64,000 bases of DNA from Octopus sinensis (taxonomy: Eukaryota). The notes beneath the pieces are model-generated. The model searched no databases. It saw only the letters and a list, made by a program, of their open reading frames with translations, and was not told the DNA's origin. A program made the translations under genes and the position numbers. The stretch covers positions 56,730,001-56,794,000 of the forward strand of contig NC_043004.1 of the NCBI RefSeq assembly GCF_006345805.1, read 5' to 3'. Shown one piece after another: positions 52,560-64,000 of the stretch (positions are counted from its first letter, which is position 1; every line of letters starts with the position of its first letter).

Positions 52560-52770
52560 TCGCCATGTTGATTCGTTAGCTACTGCACGCATTTTTTTTC
52601 TCTCCTTCTTTCTGTGTTTTTCTCTCTCTGTGTATCTTTCTTGAAGAGCGTAGGCTCGAACGTTAAAGACTTGTTTTATTTATATTTCCTGAGCGCCATA
52701 CTAATACAATTGTTCGTTTGTTTTCCACCTGCTTCGTCTTTTGTTTATTTTCATAAAGCTTCCCGTTATA
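52560..52770 (+). mobile_element. Penelope pLTR-like end with decayed hammerhead-like motif (related end at about 47550-47670, minus strand)
   Basis: tcttt-cttgaa-gagc-gtag-gctc-gaa-cgtt-aaaga at 52635-52669. Downstream aacgttaaa...ttcctgagcg...taatac is shared with the reverse complement of 47550-47660. Confidence 0.45.
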
Positions 52771-53171
52771 TGTATATATATATATATGTATATATATATA
52801 TAGTATATATATATATGTATATATATATATATGTATAATATATATGTATATATATATATATGTATTATATATATATAATGTATATATATATGTATATATA
52901 TATGTATATATATATATGTATATATATAGTATATATATATATGTATATATAATATATATATGTATATATATATATATGTATATATTATGTATATATATAT
53001 ATATATGTATATATATGTATATATATATATATGTATATATATATGTATATAATATATGTATATATATGTATATATATATGTATATATGTATATATATATG
53101 TATATATATATGTATATGTATATGTATATATATGTATATATATATATGTATATGTATATATATCTATATAT

Positions 53172-53343
53172 AGGCGCAGGAGTGGCTGTGTGGTAAGTAG
53201 CTTACTTATGATCTACATGGTTCCGGGTTCAGTCCCACTGCGTGGCATCTTGGGCAAATGTCTTCTACTATAGCCTCGGGCCGACCAAAGCCTTGTGACT
53301 GGATTTGGTAGACGGAAACTGAAAGAAGCCTGTCGTATGTATG

Positions 53344-53398
<55 letters not shown>

Positions 53399-53595
53399 CT
53401 GTGTTTGTCCCCCTAGCATTGCTTGGCAACCGATGCTGGTGTGGTTACGTCCCCGTCACTTAGCGGTTCGGCAAAAAGAGACCGATAGAATAAGTACTGG
53501 GCTTACAAAGAATAAGTCCGGGGTCGATTTGCTCGACGAAAGGCGGTGCTCCAGCATGGCCGCAGTCAAATGACTGAAACAAGTAAAAGTAAAAG
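53172..53595 (+). mobile_element. SINE family A, full length
   Basis: Colinear with the 5813 copy. Confidence 0.92.
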
Positions 53596-53856
53596 TAAGT
53601 AATATGTATATATATATGTACATATATGTATATATATGTATATATATGTGTATATATATGTATATATATGTGTATATATATGTGTATATATATGTATATA
53701 TACGTGTATATATATGTATATATATGTATATATATGTGTATGTATATGTATATATATGTGTATATGTATATGTATATATATGTGTATATATATATGTATA
53801 TAAATGTATATATATGTATACGTATATATATGTATATATATATACATATATATACA

Positions 53857-54030
53857 TGTTTGTGTCTGTGTTTGTCCACCAACCATCGCTTGACCACCGA
53901 TGTTGGTGTATTTATCTCCCCGTAACTTAGCTGCTCGGCAAAAGAAACCGATCGAATAAGTACTAGGCTTACAAAGAGGCGGTGCTCCAGCATGCTCGCA
54001 GTCAAATAACTGAAACAAGTAAAAGAAAGA
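53857..54030 (+). mobile_element. SINE family A 3' half (a further degenerate 3' half at about 54075-54250)
   Basis: tgtgtttgtcc...cgatgttggtgtatttat...ggcggtgctccagcatg...tgaaacaagtaaaaga. Confidence 0.8.
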
Positions 54031-54417
54031 ATATGCGTTTTGTGTGTATGATTGTCCGTGCGCGCGCGCGTGCATGTGTTTGTCTGTGCTTCAGTCTGTT
54101 TGTGTTTCGGGCCCCTGCACCAGTGTTGGTTTGCTTACGTCTTCGTTACTTTTGCCTCGTCTAAAATGTAAGTACCGTAACCGAGTTGTACGATTAAGCA
54201 CTTCGAACCGGCACCTCCGTATGGGCGCAGTCTAATATTAAACCAATGAAGAAATTGAAAGATATAATATTCATGTTGCTGCTAATGTTACCTATATGCA
54301 ACGGAAATAATATTTAGCAGACTGGTTTCTCTCGTTAAAGAACAATTTAGATAAATCGTTCGCCTGATATGAATGAGTCAATTCAATTTACATTTTCTCA
54401 TATTATAATTCTAATAT

Positions 54418-54626
54418 ACTCTTTTACTCTTTTACTTGTTTCAGTCATTTGACTGCGGCCATGCTGGAGCACCGCCTTTAGTCGAGGAAATCGACCCCGG
54501 GACTTATTCTTTGTAAGCCGAGTACTTATTCTATCAGTCTCTTTTGCCGAACCGCTAAGTGACGGGGACGTAAACACACCAGCATCGGTTGTAAAGCAAT
54601 GCTAGGGGGACAAACACAGACACACA

Positions 54627-54663
<37 letters not shown>

Positions 54664-54866
54664 ATATATATATATATATATTATATATATATATACATAT
54701 ATACGACAGGCTTCTTTCAGTTTCCGTCTACCAAATCCACTCACAAGGCATTGGTCGGCCCAGGGCTATAGCAGAAGACACTTGCCCAAGATGCCACGCA
54801 GTGGGACTGAACCCAGAACCATGTGGTTGTTTAGCAAGCTACTTACCACACGGCCACTCCTGCGCC
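54418..54866 (-). mobile_element. SINE family A, full length
   Basis: Reverse complement of the 5813 copy; 5' terminus locally duplicated at 54873-54890. Confidence 0.92.
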
Positions 54867-55108
54867 TATATAGCCATTCCTGCGCCTATATGCCTTAACT
54901 CTTTTAAATTTCTAATGCAGATGTAAAAAATTCTTCATTATTCAATATTAACCAAATGTAGGAAGGACTAGCATTATCAAATTATTCTATAACATATTTC
55001 AAGATGAACAGATGCATTTGTTAACTCATGCGTCCATTGTAACAGCGTATATATGCTTATAATCAGTCCTCTAAAAATACCATTTTCCCACCAGTCCTAT
55101 TAATATGT

Positions 55109-55495
55109 GGAGGCGCAATGGCTGAGTGGTTAGGGCAGCGGACTTGCGGTCATAGGATCGCGGTTTCGATTCCCAGACCGGGTGTTGTGAGTGCTTATTG
55201 AGCGAAAACACCTAAAGCTCCACGAGGCTCCGGCAGTGATGGTGGTGATCCCTGCTGTACTCTTTCACCACAACTTTCTCTCACTCTTACTTCCTGTTTC
55301 TGTTGTACCTGTATTTCAAGGGGCCGGCCTTGTCACTCTCTGTGTCACGCTGAATATCCCCGAGAACTACGTTAAGGGTACACGTGTCTGTGGAGTGCTC
55401 AGCCACTTACACGTTAATTTCACGAGCAAGCTGTTCCGTTGATTCGGATCAACTGGAACCCTCGTCGTAGTAACCAACGGAGTGCTTCCATATCC
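55109..55495 (+). mobile_element. SINE family B, full length
   Basis: Colinear with 19482; TSD attaatatgtg at 55099-55109 and 55496-55506. Confidence 0.92.
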
Positions 55496-55799
55496 ATTAA
55501 TATGTGCCTATCCTATACACTTAGTTTAGTATTAAGTTTAAAATGATTTTATTTTTTCGCGTAGTTCTTCTTTGGAATTTTAATGATTCTCTGAGTGAGA
55601 GTTGAGACGTTCATGCCAATCCAAATTTGAAATATTCATATTCAATTGCTATTTGTTTAACTGGTCTCGTTCGTTGGCTTGCCAGTAGAGCGCGCCCCTT
55701 CGTATCTGCTGAACGTGTGGCGAATCTCTCTGAAATCTTTAAAAGATGTTGGACAGAAAGCTGTCATAACTTTGTTCTAGCATTGCTTTCGAGGCAATA

Positions 55800-55885
55800 A
55801 TAACTACTACTACTACTACCATCACCACTACTGCTGTTATTACTACTACTACTACTAGTACTACTACTACCACCACCACTGCTGT

Positions 55886-55921
<36 letters not shown>

Positions 55922-55985
55922 CACCACCACCACCACCACCACCACCGCTGCTGCTACTGCTACAACTACTACTGCTACTACTAGT
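55800..55985. repeat. (TAC)n/(CAC)n microsatellite
   Basis: Direct reading. Confidence 0.95.
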
Positions 55986-57499
55986 ACTTCAAGTAGCCTT
56001 CGAGATATATGGTATATTCCACTACATAGTAGCAGGAATCCTGTCCCCGTTCAGCGTTGTTAGGTCTTCTGTTTCATGGTGTGTCTCTGCTAATGTAGTT
56101 CAGGGAACTTCTTTCTCTGTTATGGCTAAGAAAACTCCAAATGCTAACTTTCAATATCATTTGGTGCTTTGGAATTAGCTGGAAGTCAGTATTTCATGCC
56201 ACTGAGTGCGAAGTCAAAGGAGAGATTTGCGGATACAGTCTACACGTAATAACTACATTGATAATATAAGATTACAGTCAACTTAAAGAGGACATGTCAG
56301 ATTATACATCAGGAACCATGTACGTTTACACTTATGGAATAATGCAGGGAAAATATCATTTAAAAAGAACATATCATTTTAGACATTATTCAAATTATTG
56401 ATAATGTAGTTTACTTTTCACTTTCACTAACGATGAAATGTAGGCCAAATACAATCAAGGACTATAGCAAATACTTATTTATTCAGAGCAGACAGACTTA
56501 ATAGCGGACCTCCGTCGTTCGACGATGAAGACTAAGATAGTCGATAAAATGAACTATCAGCACTTGGATTAATTATGCATAAGATTAAGGTTCCATTTTG
56601 GAGAATTCCTTAAAAAAGTGCCCTTCACAGACGATGTCAATTATTACGAGTAAACACATCGCAGCCAAATGAATGCGCAAAGTAATGACGGGGAACAAAC
56701 GAACTTCTAAAGGCAGAATTATCTTTAATACCGAAGAAAAAAAAATACCTCTGTTAAAATATGTAATATGTTTCTCTCCTATGAAACAAATGTCTGATCT
56801 TTTTTGAATGGATGTATGGATATATAAGATTGTATGGTGTGTGTGTTTGCGTGCGTAGAGACAAGAGATGTCTGAAGAGAGATGGAAATATATCTGCTAG
56901 AATCTATACAGTAACAAGTAAACGAAATTGCTAGAATTAAGAATTGTTATCTATGGAAGTTTAATGTAGGAATTTATTTATAAAGAGAAATATCGTTTAT
57001 TTATTAAATTCAAAGTGCGGTTTAATAAATTTTCTTTACAAATTAATATACCAATTAGAAATATGGATACATAAATAAAGCAAGTAATTGCATTATTTAA
57101 AATATTGCATAACTATTAAATGAACTTTATAAATAAATGACATTTTCTAAATATTCTATTTAATTTGAAATTATCATTAACAATGTTTATAATTTCAAAT
57201 GACTTCTACGCTAATGTACATTGATCATATTACAGAATATTAAAAAAATAAACGATTACGAATTTGTACTTGTTTGAATAGCAAAGTCAGTAGAGCAAGT
57301 GTATTGTTGTAGTTAGTCTCTCGACTGTACTTAATGATTTCGAATCTTACCGACGTGAAACTTTTACCTTCAGCCGGCATTGCTTTCGATAATATAAATT
57401 GGGGTGATGCGATCGAATAGCATTTCTCAGACACTTCTGGCTTGTAAATAATTATCAGCAGTTATAAAACTTCTAGAACTACGAGAAATTTAGAAAGTA

Positions 57500-57680
57500 T
57501 ATATTTCTTTATTGCCCACAAGGGCCTAAACATAGAGAGGACAAACAAGGACAGACAAAGGAATTAATTCGATTACACCGACCCCAGTGTGAAACCGGTA
57601 CTTTATTTATCGACCCACAAAGGATGAAAGGCACAGTCGACCATGGCGAAAATTGAACCCAGAACATAAAGACAGACACA
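57500..57680 (-). mobile_element. SINE family C-related copy with a different 3' tail
   Basis: Reverse complement contains gtcgactgtgcctttcatcctttgtgggtcgataaataaagtaccgg...ctggggtcggtgtaatcga, then a tgtccttgtttgtcctctct...ttgtgggcaataaagaaa tail. Confidence 0.75.
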
Positions 57681-57943
57681 ATTTAGAAAATACAAACCAT
57701 CAATAAGTACAGGGAACGCATCAAATTGTGTACATGTAAACTAACTTTTGAAAAGTCTCATCTGTATCGAAGAACGAAAAATAATGAATCAACAGTTATT
57801 GTTGGAGTTTTTCAAATTTAAATTAGCGCGCATGTGTAACAGTAAAACGATTAAATTTTTGACAAGGAATTCACCAGAACTGATGGCAAGCCTGCTTGAG
57901 GAGTCAACAGAAATTTTGCATATGGAAAAAAATTTACCTTATG

Positions 57944-57984
<41 letters not shown>

Positions 57985-58360
57985 ATATCCATCCATCTAT
58001 CTCAGTGGATACCTACTGATATGTTACGTTCCGATATTCAGGCATATGTGCGTTGTTGAAAGGAGATTATCAGTATATTAATTTTACTATAGACCTCTAT
58101 TGCAATTATTAGAAAGAAAGTAGGACAAAAAATATAAGTAAACAAGAAAAAAAATAAAATCATCGTTAATGATATATACTTCGAGTAAAGCAACAGATTC
58201 GTGAAAGCCTTTCTTAGTGCAATTCTATAGCTTATTATACCTGCAATGAATGACACTGTCACTTGCAGCTATCTTTAATGGAGTATTTCAAAATTAAAGC
58301 TTCTATAAGCCTTTGGCTAGTTTTATACATACATACATAATACATACATATATAGATATG

Positions 58361-58397
<37 letters not shown>

Positions 58398-59540
58398 TTA
58401 TATATATATATATTTATTCATTTATTATTACTATTACTTATTATGTGTCGGCGTGTCAGTGTGTGTATCTGTGTACTTGTATGAATAAGCATATTCAAAT
58501 GATGTTTCTCATGAAATAAACGCCGCTAGGATATTGTATTATAAATGAAGAAAAGGTAGGGCATATGCGAATTTGAAAGCATGCTCGAAGTGATGTCACA
58601 TTCACTGACACTCTATAGTTCATTCACTCTCACTCCCCATCCCCTCACCTCGCTCCTCTTAGATAACTATATACGTATGTATGTGTGCGTTGCTTTTGTT
58701 CATGGTTGTGTCTCTGGTTTGCGTATGGGCATGTTAGTGTATGACTCTATGCATCTCTTTGCATAAGTCAGCAGTAGTTTTTCAAATTTGAAATTTACTG
58801 TGGGTTTAAGAAGAAACCTATGCTTTTCAGCCGCGCCTTCAAATTTATGATTTAGTTTTTACACGGATAAAATTCAATTGCACCCTTTTATTTTCTATCT
58901 GTAGATCTACGGGCATTCTTGCTTATAAATTTTATTATCTATCTGAGTACACAAACTTGTACACCCTTCAGATTTTCACATTTACATATATACACAAATA
59001 CTTACATACATGCATATATAAATACATGCATACATACATACACTTGTGAACCCTCACACACATACACACACTCAGCATATATAAACGTATATATATATGT
59101 ATATATATATTTGTTCCTACACATACGTAAACAAGCATATGCACAAGCAAGCAAGCTGACATGTATATGTTCAAGCATGCGGTTCTGTATAGCAATATAG
59201 ATGTTTACATCTGTGTTATAAGTGTGTCTGTTAGAACACATTGTCTTATACCTGTTTATTCTGGTTTACAGTTGCTATTTCGTACATTAGACATCTGTAT
59301 CTCTGCTTATATGTCGTTGTTCATACACAGCTCCAGATTTAATACATTCTTATGGTGTTGACATCTTTGATATGGTGAAATCGATTCTTTGTCGCAAACA
59401 CTGCGTTTGAGTTGGTGTATGCGTATTTGTTCGTGCATTACGAAAGACTTGAAAGAAAGTTGTGATATGCGAAAGCGTGTGATTTTGCACGTTCATAAAT
59501 AAACATATACGTATTAGCATACATAACTATATATATATAT

Positions 59541-59636
<96 letters not shown>

Positions 59637-59682
59637 TGGTGCGGTATATATATGTATTTCGAAATGATTTTGTGTATTCTCC

Positions 59683-59755
59683 AAGCATGGTTGTGTGGTA
59701 AGAAGCTTGCTTCTCAACCTTGGGCAAGTGTTTTCTACTACAGACTCGGCCCGCC

Positions 59756-59804
<49 letters not shown>

Positions 59805-59870
59805 TAGAATTTTGACGGTTGACAAGCGCTGATGAGGACAAACGCATACATAACAACACACACACACCTA
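59683..59870. mobile_element. SINE family A fragments
   Basis: ggttgtgtggtaagaagcttgctt...ccttgggcaagtg...cggcc (+) and cggttgacaagcg...ggacaaac (-). Confidence 0.6.
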
Positions 59871-62157
59871 CATACATATATACATATATACGTCTATGTT
59901 CCAGAGTGTTCTTGTTTCTAGAAAAAAGGAAAAGCAAACCAAAATAAAAGAGATTGTTTCAAAGTTTTATAATTTTGTACTAATGATCTTAGCATGATTA
60001 TTGACTTCATCGGGAGGAGACATGTTATTGATGCTTATACTTATAGCAGCTATAATATAGCGGGCGTAATATCACAAGGATTCTAAACATGACTCCACCG
60101 AATTTTTCGTTTTTATTTAGATAACATTATACCCATTCTAAATCGTACGTAGAGGGATTAAGTGAAAGGTGGAGTATATTTTTAGAACAACGATCCATCA
60201 TTGGCATGATAGGTTTTGTGCAGAAAATGTGATGTTAAGAAAATATGTATATTACCATTTAACTGTAAACACCATGTACCTTAGAAAAAAACAACTATAT
60301 TTGCAAAATATTTTTCTGGATGGAATATATGAAATGATTCTTGCCATTTATGTCATCTTTAAATACGTGCTTTTTAAACTGCATTCTGCAAAGGTTTAAA
60401 GGACATTTGTTTGAAATTTTTATCTCGTCGAAATTTGCCTGTATTTGGTATAATGGATACTACTCCAGGGGGTTCTATTAAGTTTAAACGTCACCCGAAC
60501 CAATAACGACTGAAATCTAACTCGTATATACACACAGAAAGATACACACATACATACTTGCACACACTTATTTATGTGTTTGTGTATGTGCCCATGTGTG
60601 TGTCCAAAATTACTTCCTATTCTATGAGTAGTCTATCTGGAAAACAATTTTAAAAATAACGAAACCATGAAAATAAGATTTAAGCTTCGTTATTGGCGAT
60701 AATTTAGAATTCGGGAGTGAGATAATATCCAGAGATAAATATCACTCTGAATAACAGAGAATATTGATTTTTTTCTCTCTGCTATGACATTTCTGACTAC
60801 TGACTTTGTCACACTTTTGCAGAGATTAATGGAATTTTTGTAGCGAATAATGCCAAATTTACACTATACGTTTATTCAACGACGTTATAAACTTTGCAAA
60901 ATAGCCTAGACTCTAATACATATTATGAAAAAATAAGACTCATATTGGAAATGGGAAAATAGATAATATGAGAATATAGTCTATTTTAGTAGAAATAGAA
61001 GTTTATTTTCTGTTTAATTATTCCGAACTATAGATAATTTAGTATGAAATCGAAAAGCTAATAAAAAATACCACAACAGATTTCAGAAGTTATATCAAAT
61101 AGCGTATTATCGATAGAAATTGACAATAAAAGGAATTCGGCTGTTTCATTAAGACTGCGTACACACACACACATACACACAAACGAGTAAGCACAAAAAT
61201 GCAAAACAAGGTGGTAAAAAATCGAAGGTAGGATAATGTGCTTCTTTATAAAAGCTGCTGCAACAACATCATAGAAAAGCTGTGACTCAGAGTCACACGT
61301 TCCTATTCGTTGGACAGTCGTTATCAAGAAATTCCGAGTGACAGTTATTTGTGATTTTTTGCAGCTTTAAAAAAAGCTATGTGTGTATACACTCACACAT
61401 AGACACACATATATACATAGGATTATCACCACAAGTCTTCACTGAAAGGAACGGTGCATTTCCATATAACGAACTCATAAACCGTTTGAACGTAACTACT
61501 GCTTTTTCCTTGTAACATCTTCTAACTTGTTTTTCTTTCACATCCATCGTTTCACTGCTGTTCTCCCCTTTTCTTTCTCTATTTGCATTCCATATATCCA
61601 CATGCATAACTTCCACGCCCCCTATGCAATATGCATATCTACTGCACATATACAAACACACACGTAATCACAGTACGTACACACATATCATAGCACGTAG
61701 AAAAAGCTCTGCACCTACAGACACACATAGACGTACAAACACACTCATACGCAAATGCATACATGCGCACACAGATACACAGACACACTGCACTACTACA
61801 CATACACACACATAATCATAAGCACACATGCAAATATACCCACACACAAACATACGTAAACATACTGTGTGACATTCTGACTCACACACATGTCACATAG
61901 CCCTCGATCCCATCCTGCTGTTACTAACATTTTACATTTACTCCCACACAGTAACCGTTCTATAGGGATTCTTTTGCAAATTTTAGATAAATAAAATCAC
62001 CTCCGAATACCTAGAATTAAGTCCTAAACATGTGAAAGTAAATCAAAAGCTGTTTTCTTTTTCATAAGGACAATAAAATCTGCTTCCCAAAGAATATGAA
62101 AGTTTTTCTACGCCGCTATTAAGTCATATCACATGGGAGAATAATATTTCTTTGTCA

Positions 62158-62222
<65 letters not shown>

Positions 62223-62243
62223 AGAACAAAGTGTACTACGCCG

Positions 62244-62290
<47 letters not shown>

Positions 62291-62295
62291 ATATA

Positions 62296-62345
<50 letters not shown>

Positions 62346-62346
62346 C

Positions 62347-62965
62347 ACAAAATGGGACAAGAATGCAAAACATCCGGACAACGAAACATTCAGATAGACG
62401 ATACAAAGAAAACAAGGACGGACCATTTGAAGTTTTCTATCTTCAGTCAAGAACCAGATTATCCTCGCAATTTCGGCTGATTATTCTAGATATTGATCCA
62501 ATCTGGCCAGCTCAAAGGAAAAACTAAGCTAAGAGCATTAGATTCCTTGGCAGAAAGCAGCGAATGTATACAAAAACAACGACGAAAAAAAAAACGGACA
62601 ATGTTACACAAATATAAATACAATAAAAAATGCAACAAAAATAATAACAGATGTCTTTCGACTAAGGACGATTTGAACTAAGCTGGCGCGTGTGGAAATG
62701 AAGTCTTACGGCAGAGATACAAGGATTTCGCAAGCACAAGGAAGAATATTGATGTTACACGGACCACGGTCAGACAAAGAAAGAAAGAGCAGGCTGGCCG
62801 ATCGGCCACGTTGAAAGAGAAGAGAGAGAAGTAGAAACGGAGGGACAGAAGAATTAAGGAGGGGCGCGAAAAAAAATGACAGGGACACAGTGAAGTGAAA
62901 AGTGGAGGGATGGTGTTTTGTTGTTCCTTTTTGCCCGGATGTTTTGCGTTCTTGTCCCATTTTGT
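62347..62965. mobile_element. Non-autonomous element with 35-bp inverted termini in (TA)n
   Basis: acaaaatgggacaagaatgcaaaacatccggacaa (62347-62381) vs ttgcccggatgttttgcgttcttgtcccattttgt (62931-62965). Confidence 0.8.
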
Positions 62966-63513
62966 ATTATATATATATAAACGGTTATTACAAGCTGCAA
63001 TTATTTTCGTTTGTTGTGTCTAGCTACCTGGTGAGTACGTAGTTGATTGTGCAACGACTGTAACAACAAAGCCATTTCATGTATCTTCAAACCACTTTTA
63101 TATTTTGTAATCACATTTACGTTCCTAACATATATGCAGAGCGGGACATAGGAAATATAAGACTATTGATCATTTGCTTATTAAATACTGTTATGAATAA
63201 TTGATATGCAATATGGATTTTTATGATTGGCAGTTATATCAACTCTTATTTGTTTATCATATTTTTATATGTTTATCTAGTCTCACCCATTAGACTCTGG
63301 TCATATTTTTGAAGAATTTTAGTCGATATTTTTATATCCGATAATTATTCTTTCCTATCGAACCACTAGTTCCCATGGAAGTTTTACATAGACATGTTAA
63401 AGCACAGTTTTCGACACCCACATTCCTTGGTAAAACAGTGAACGTACTAGTTTTATAGTAAAAGTCTTTAACGCAGTCTGGTGGCAAAATTTGAAACCAT
63501 TATTATTACTATG

Positions 63514-64000
63514 AAGGTGGCGAGATGGCAGAAATGTTAACACGCAGGTCTAAATGCTTAGCCTTATTTCGCCCGTCGCTACGTTCTGAGTTCAAGTTCC
63601 GCCCTTTAAGGGTCGGTAAATTAAGTACCAGTGAAACACTGGGGTCGATGTGATCAAGGTAACCCCTATCATCACAATCTCATCTCTTATGACGACATTA
63701 GAAAGGTTTATTTTTATTAAGGCGGCGAACTAGCAAAATTGTTAGCACGGCGAGCAAAATGATTGGCGGTATTTTGTCTGTCTTCACGTTCTGGTTTCAA
63801 ATTCCACTGAGGTCGATTTTGTCTTCCAACCTTTCGGGGTAGAAGAACCAGAGAAACATTGGGGTCGATGTAATCGACTAGTACCCTTCCCCGAAATATC
63901 AGACCTTGTGCCTTCAGTAGAAATGATTATTATTATTTAGGCGACAAGTCGGCAGAATCGTTAGCCTGTCGAAAAAATACCTAGTGGCTTTTAGTCCGTC
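63514..64000 (+). mobile_element. Head-to-tail array of three SINE family C copies (starts at about 63514, 63719 and 63939; last one runs off the window)
   Basis: Each unit starts aaggcggcga.ctggcagaa.. directly after the previous agaaag.(att)n tail. Confidence 0.85.

Noticed and set aside
60060-60200. Mariner-like relic (TPPNFSFLF, EGLSERWS); similar hint at 41700-42050
   Set aside because: Similarity too weak and termini not identifiable.
61281-61297. Palindrome tgtgactc-a-gagtcaca with an AP-1-like site
   Set aside because: Single short palindrome, expected by chance in 64 kb, with no supporting promoter evidence.
62420-62520. CUGAAGA-UA-GAAA motif (minus strand) in the TIR element
   Set aside because: No stem II and no convincing stem I or cleavage-site register.

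Overview
AT-rich, microsatellite-saturated animal genomic DNA; the SINE repertoire and the (TA)n/(TG)n density point to an octopus-type cephalopod (inference). There is one 100-N assembly gap at 31054-31153. I could not recognise any host protein-coding exon, rRNA, true tRNA gene or CRISPR array, and most ORFs in the track are translated microsatellites. The window is a nested transposable-element landscape. It holds a near full-length, young CR1-group LINE (31154-35850: 87-bp 5' monomers, ORF1 with a Myb/SANT-like domain plus CCCH finger, APE+RT ORF2), a 5'-truncated sister copy (49147-52222) and older relatives. Also present are R4/Dong RLE retrotransposon fragments clustered in (TAA)n, a Penelope-like RT relic, three SINE families (about 25 copies or fragments), two related MULE-like MITEs with TSDs, a non-autonomous Helitron, Tc1/mariner relics and several fold-back elements sitting in (TA)n. 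The best leads are: (i) a minimal type-I hammerhead ribozyme candidate with a compensatory G3-C8 core swap at 9343-9392; (ii) the Myb/SANT+CCCH ORF1 LINE that appears to favour (TA)n sites; (iii) a covarying double stem-loop 3' tail shared by that LINE, a second LINE lineage and the most abundant SINE. Coordinates of degenerate elements are approximate and were read by eye.
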